Made by a program: the position numbers and the translations under genes
Shown: piece after piece, positions 7,495 through 11,094 of the stretch
Position numbering within the stretch: the stretch's first letter is position 1
Layout: each line of letters starts with the position of its first letter
The notes under the pieces: model-generated
What the model saw: the letters and a program-made list of their open reading frames with translations, nothing else
Told to the model about the DNA's origin: nothing
The model's database searches: none
Assembly (NCBI GenBank): GCA_018985225.1
Contig: JADGIF010000318.1
Span: 1-11,094, forward strand
DNA from: Amoeboradix gromovi X-113
Taxonomy: Eukaryota > Fungi > Sanchytriomycota
Length of the DNA stretch: 11,094 nucleotides
Reading direction: 5' to 3'

Positions 7495-8730
7495 TTATTT
7501 AATGATTTGCAAGTAATACTTGACCAATTCAGAGTCCATATCTTTCAAAAAATTCATAATCGTTGCTACTTGAGTAACTTTATATTTCTCATGCTTGGTC
7601 AACTCTGTTCTTAAATGGACTATCTCATCTGGTACCTTTGTGATTCCCATACGCTTAAAGATAATCTCGTCACTCAAATTATCTAGTAAAATGGATTTAG
7701 CCTGAAAGTCTTCCACTGGTAAGTCTGGCTGAGCTTCGACAACAGGAGTTGATAAAGAAGAAGGATTATTTAGGCTATTAGTCAATGAATCCATAGAGTC
7801 CTCATCAGCATCGTCTAAGCTTACAAATGCATCCCTGGAGACAGTCGTGTTTGGAATTGAAGGTGTTGAAGGTTTCTTGTACATCAGGTGCGCTACACTG
7901 CTGGATGAGCTGTCTTTTGACTTGTCCTTGCGTTTACGTTGAGTAGAAGTCTTAGTAGTTCCATATTTCTCATTCATAAATGACATCAAAGTCTTGAAGT
8001 CAAAATCACTCAAACAAGAACTCAAATGGAAAACAGCCTCACTATGGTCAATCGGGATTAGAGAATTACATTTAGAACACTCAAAGAACTCCTCGCCACA
8101 CTCATACACCTTGGAACCATGGTTAAACAAGTAACTATCAAAAATCTTCTCCTTCTTCTTTTTGTGATGTTCGTGAACAGGTGCTGGGGGTGGTGGCGGC
8201 AAGTCTTGCAATTTGTCCGGATTAGTGGCAGTTCTCAACAAGCTCAAGTAATGCTGACGTTCAACTACAGTCATCCCATGGCAACCGCTTTTTAGATGAT
8301 AGTGAACGCCCGTTTTGACAGAAACTAATACCGCACTGCATTTAGCACACTCGAAAGAGCCATTGCCAGCATTGTCATAAAATGATCCAAACTCCTGGGC
8401 AGCAGTCTTCCAAGGACTCATCAATACTTCCCGAACTTCTAATTTACGTTTCTTAGAAGGGCTTTGAGGAAAATGCTTACGCGGGCGACCTGGTCTCTTG
8501 TTCTCAACTGGAATGTCCATTACCGGTTTTGTAGCAGTTTGCAACAACTTCTTAATCTCGGCGCGTTCCTCGTCCGATCGATCGCAATTGGCTAAAAAAT
8601 GGTTGTAAATGCCCATACTGTCGTTGCTATCAAGAACTAGATCGCAATGATTGCAAGTAACTTTGGTATTTTTCTGTCTCAAAAAAGAACTTTGTTTAAG
8701 CAAAGCGATGTGAAGCGTAAAGTTTTTCAT
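7495..8730 (-). CDS. Putative DNA/chromatin-binding protein with three C2HC (BED-like) zinc fingers and an AT-hook, 411 aa
   Basis: CNHC-x14-H-x4-C, CAKC-x13-H-x4-C and CSKC-x13-H-x3-C; AT-hook KRPGRPRK; basic NLS-like KKRK, KKKKEK and RKRK; Pro- and Ser-rich linkers. First ATG is at 8730. Confidence 0.7.
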   Translation of the reverse strand: MKNFTLHIALLKQSSFLRQKNTKVTCNHCDLVLDSNDSMGIYNHFLANCDRSDEERAEIKKLLQTATKPVMDIPVENKRPGRPRKHFPQSPSKKRKLEVREVLMSPWKTAAQEFGSFYDNAGNGSFECAKCSAVLVSVKTGVHYHLKSGCHGMTVVERQHYLSLLRTATNPDKLQDLPPPPPAPVHEHHKKKKEKIFDSYLFNHGSKVYECGEEFFECSKCNSLIPIDHSEAVFHLSSCLSDFDFKTLMSFMNEKYGTTKTSTQRKRKDKSKDSSSSSVAHLMYKKPSTPSIPNTTVSRDAFVSLDDADEDSMDSLTNSLNNPSSLSTPVVEAQPDLPVEDFQAKSILLDNLSDEIIFKRMGITKVPDEIVHLRTELTKHEKYKVTQVATIMNFLKDMDSELVKYYLQIIK

Positions 8731-9048
8731 CAACCAGGGAGGGGGTTACAAAAACATTCTGGAAACAATTAAGATTCTAATCGCAAATTAGCCGATTACG
8801 CCATTGAGCACATGTGAGTGACTGCAAACCAACAGGAGAACGGTAGAACTAAAAGTATTACACTAAATTCTAGGATCTTGAAATAAGGATATTGTTAGGC
8901 TTTGCATGGAGATTTTATGCAATATTAAAATACCTTACTCTGACACATTGGGCAAACCCTTACTAACTGTGTTCACAGTTTGCCGTTCTTTTCCTAAATT
9001 TATGGTGGCTTTTGACGCTTATTACCTTGCCCATAAAAAACTAAAAAT

Positions 9049-9597
9049 TTATTGTTCAACTATTGCCATTTTTCTAGACTCTACCTCACCGGTTACAGTA
9101 CATTTCACCTTATTTTGACTGACAATTGACATTATCTCATCATTTTTCATCGCATGCACAACTCCCAAAAATTTATGAGCTGTACTTAAATAGACAGAAT
9201 TGTCACCGTAGCTAATCACAAAAGCTCGTACAATGTCTCCTACCCTTATCTTTTCGGGCATGACTACACTGTCTCTCTCAATGTCTTGAACATCAACATG
9301 TCTCAAAATGCCTTTGTATTCCTCATAAATTGGTATTTCTAAAGTTTCTTTACCAACTCGTCTTTCAACCATTACGATCTCTATATGGGCTGTTTTTCTT
9401 GTTAGAAATTTGCAAATTCCTAGAGCAATGTCGTTTAACTTTGGAATCGCTAATCCACTATTTATAACATTTGCAGTTCCATCATTATCACTTAAATATC
9501 CTTTAGTCAATGAGCATGTTTTCCCGTCAATCTCTTTGCAATTATAACCACTTTTGCCATCAACTAAATCTCCAGGAAGAACAAACATGAGGGACAT
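9049..9597 (-). CDS. CSL4: RNA exosome cap subunit Csl4/EXOSC1, 182 aa
   Basis: N-terminal VLPGD; S1 domain YKGILRHVDVQDIERD..VMPEKIRVGDIVRAFVISYGD..YLSTA..LGVVHA; C-terminal KCTVTGEVESRKMA. Confidence 0.95.
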   Translation of the reverse strand: MSLMFVLPGDLVDGKSGYNCKEIDGKTCSLTKGYLSDNDGTANVINSGLAIPKLNDIALGICKFLTRKTAHIEIVMVERRVGKETLEIPIYEEYKGILRHVDVQDIERDSVVMPEKIRVGDIVRAFVISYGDNSVYLSTAHKFLGVVHAMKNDEIMSIVSQNKVKCTVTGEVESRKMAIVEQ

Positions 9598-10088
9598 GCT
9601 TCGTGAAAATTACATTAGAGGGGCCAAAGTGATACCAAAAAGAAAAGAGATGTTAACTTATTAAACAACCGAAACCTGATAGACAGAGCATCTAACCGTA
9701 TTACACAATAGATGTGGGATGTGTTTTGTCTTTTGACCGGATCAGCGGGACATGACTCCTTTTCCAATAAAAATATCCCAATTGTCCCATGTAGTGTATC
9801 CTAATTTGGCACTGAAGGCTATTCTCAGAGGCGTCTTTTTTTTACACATAGGAGATGTAAATAGAATCTTCACAACTAGACCAGCTTATTTTTTGCCTGA
9901 GCATCCTCGATTACCTGATCAAGCTCTTGAAAATTTAAAATAGAAATGGAAATGATTTCAATTGTGATCAGAAAATAAATTATTTATGTGAATTTTTTAA
10001 CTTTTGACTAGGCTCTATAGACGAATATATCTTTGTTCTGATAAGATATTTAGCCAAGCAACTAAAATTTGGAACTGTGCAGTAACAT

Positions 10089-10427
10089 CTAATAAGACCA
10101 TTGCACGATCTTGACTCCGTAACAGTGATTGCTCACGCTTTTACTACCCTGAGGTGGGATTGAATACGGATGCAGATACTTGATGTATATGTTCCTTGCT
10201 GCCATACTCTCTATTGTCGCAAATTCGGTAGGACCAGTCGCAAGAATTATTATATAAATGGTCTGTAGGTTTATTTTTATCGTTGATCTCTTTCTAGGCA
10301 TTGAATGACATCTAATGCTTCCATGCTTGGACCAGTTCCTCAGTGTTGATCAATGTATGCTGTACCTGTTAGTTATTTCTTTAGATTTGACATATTCTGG
10401 ATTATATGCATTGATTCCATCTACCAT
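10089..10427 (-). pseudogene. In-frame TnpA-HTH / Fanzor-tail fusion remnant with one internal stop
   Basis: MVDGINAYNPEYVKSKEITNRYSIH*STLRNWSKHGSIRCHSMPRKR...MAARNIYIKYLHPYSIPPQG. The TGA at 10350-10352 corresponds to TCA (Ser) in copy A. Confidence 0.75.
10093..10114 (-). repeat. Inverted partner of 7458-7479, abutting the truncated right side of element copy D
   Basis: Exact 22/22 reverse-complement match. Homology to the element begins at 10115 (ctccgt). Confidence 0.95.
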
Positions 10428-10547
10428 TTGCGAAAAGGAAGAATATCGAGTATTTAAGCTGTGAGAAAAATCTGGAAAAGTCTTGAAGTTATACAAAAAT
10501 GCATACTAATCGCGATAAATGATTTATTCAAGAAAACGATCGAGCTG
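10115..10547 (-). mobile_element. Non-autonomous IS607/Fanzor2-derived element, copy D (left end intact, last ~55 bp of right end missing or replaced)
   Basis: Colinear with copy A through the interior and with copy C at the left end (cgcgataaatgatttattcaagaaaa..atc.agctg). Confidence 0.9.
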
Positions 10548-10645
10548 CACTTAGAAAAAAATCAAATAAATTTTAAAGAATTAAAAATAATAAATTGTTT
10601 TCTATATTGTTTATTAAATAAATACAAAACATTGCGTATATATGA

Positions 10646-10945
10646 GTTACTATTCCAGGTACTGTGCTTATGCCTGCTCCTAAATTTATAATAGATGCTA
10701 GATATACTGCACTTTACGATAATATTATTACTTTGAATGCTAGTCCTGGATCTATTGGATTAGATTCTGGTGTTTCTATTCTTAGAACGCAAAATCCAGG
10801 TGCTGTTGTTACAGGCGATGCAGCTACTCAACCTGGTTTAACTAACGAGTCTGGTGTATTTCAATCTGGTTCAACACCAGGAACTGTTAAATTAGCTGCT
10901 TATGTAAGTGCTCAAAACAATTGGGACATGCTCTGTAAAAACTAG
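10646..10945 (+). other. ORF fragment resembling phage/large-DNA-virus structural (fibre-like) proteins; probably a truncated gene
   Basis: Open frame VTIPGTVLMPAPKFIIDARYTALYDNIITLNASPGSIGLDSGVSILRT..., Gly/Thr/Ser-rich with many T-ending codons. Similarity is from recalled motif only. Confidence 0.35.
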
Positions 10946-11094
10946 ACTAGACAATTTGTATCGAAATTTCAAAAATAAATATTCTGTACAGCTATTCTCT
11001 TGCTCTTTCATCTAGCCTTTATTTTAGATTTGTACGGTAAATATTGACTTTATGATTTCAAATACAATTCAATCAGAGTTGAAAGAAGAGGATT

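Noticed and set aside
186-10547. CRISPR array or LTR-pair interpretation of the repeats
   Set aside because: Copies are 160-580 bp, kilobases apart, in both orientations, carry TnpA/Fanzor remnants, lack TG..CA ends and enclose host genes.
10461-10691. 76-aa plus ORF; also 7291-7491, 8906-9118 and 9752-9943
   Set aside because: Short, with no recognisable motifs; the first overlaps the element left end and an AT-rich tract.

Overview
AT-rich, gene-dense, apparently intronless eukaryotic DNA; an early-diverging fungus-like genome is plausible but cannot be shown from this window. Host genes: a secreted Cys-paired beta-propeller protein (1437-2249 +), a STIMATE/TMEM110/YPL162C-family membrane protein (3164-3808 +), a 904-aa protein made of five tandem globin domains with no reductase (3835-6549 -), a three-C2HC-finger plus AT-hook protein (7495-8730 -) and exosome subunit CSL4 (9049-9597 -). 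Four intergenic copies of one dispersed element, largely missed by the ORF track, are deletion derivatives of an IS607-type/Fanzor2 transposon (186-~633 -, ~2927-3087 +, 6680-7259 -, 10115-10547 -). Together they retain the TnpA N-terminal HTH, a decayed Fanzor RuvC/Zn-finger C-terminus and a structured right end (putative omegaRNA) ending in CAGG in three copies, each followed by a different flank (putative guide). Also present: an exact 22-bp inverted match (7458-7479 / 10093-10114) at the point where copy D breaks off, and a virus-structural-like ORF fragment near the window end.
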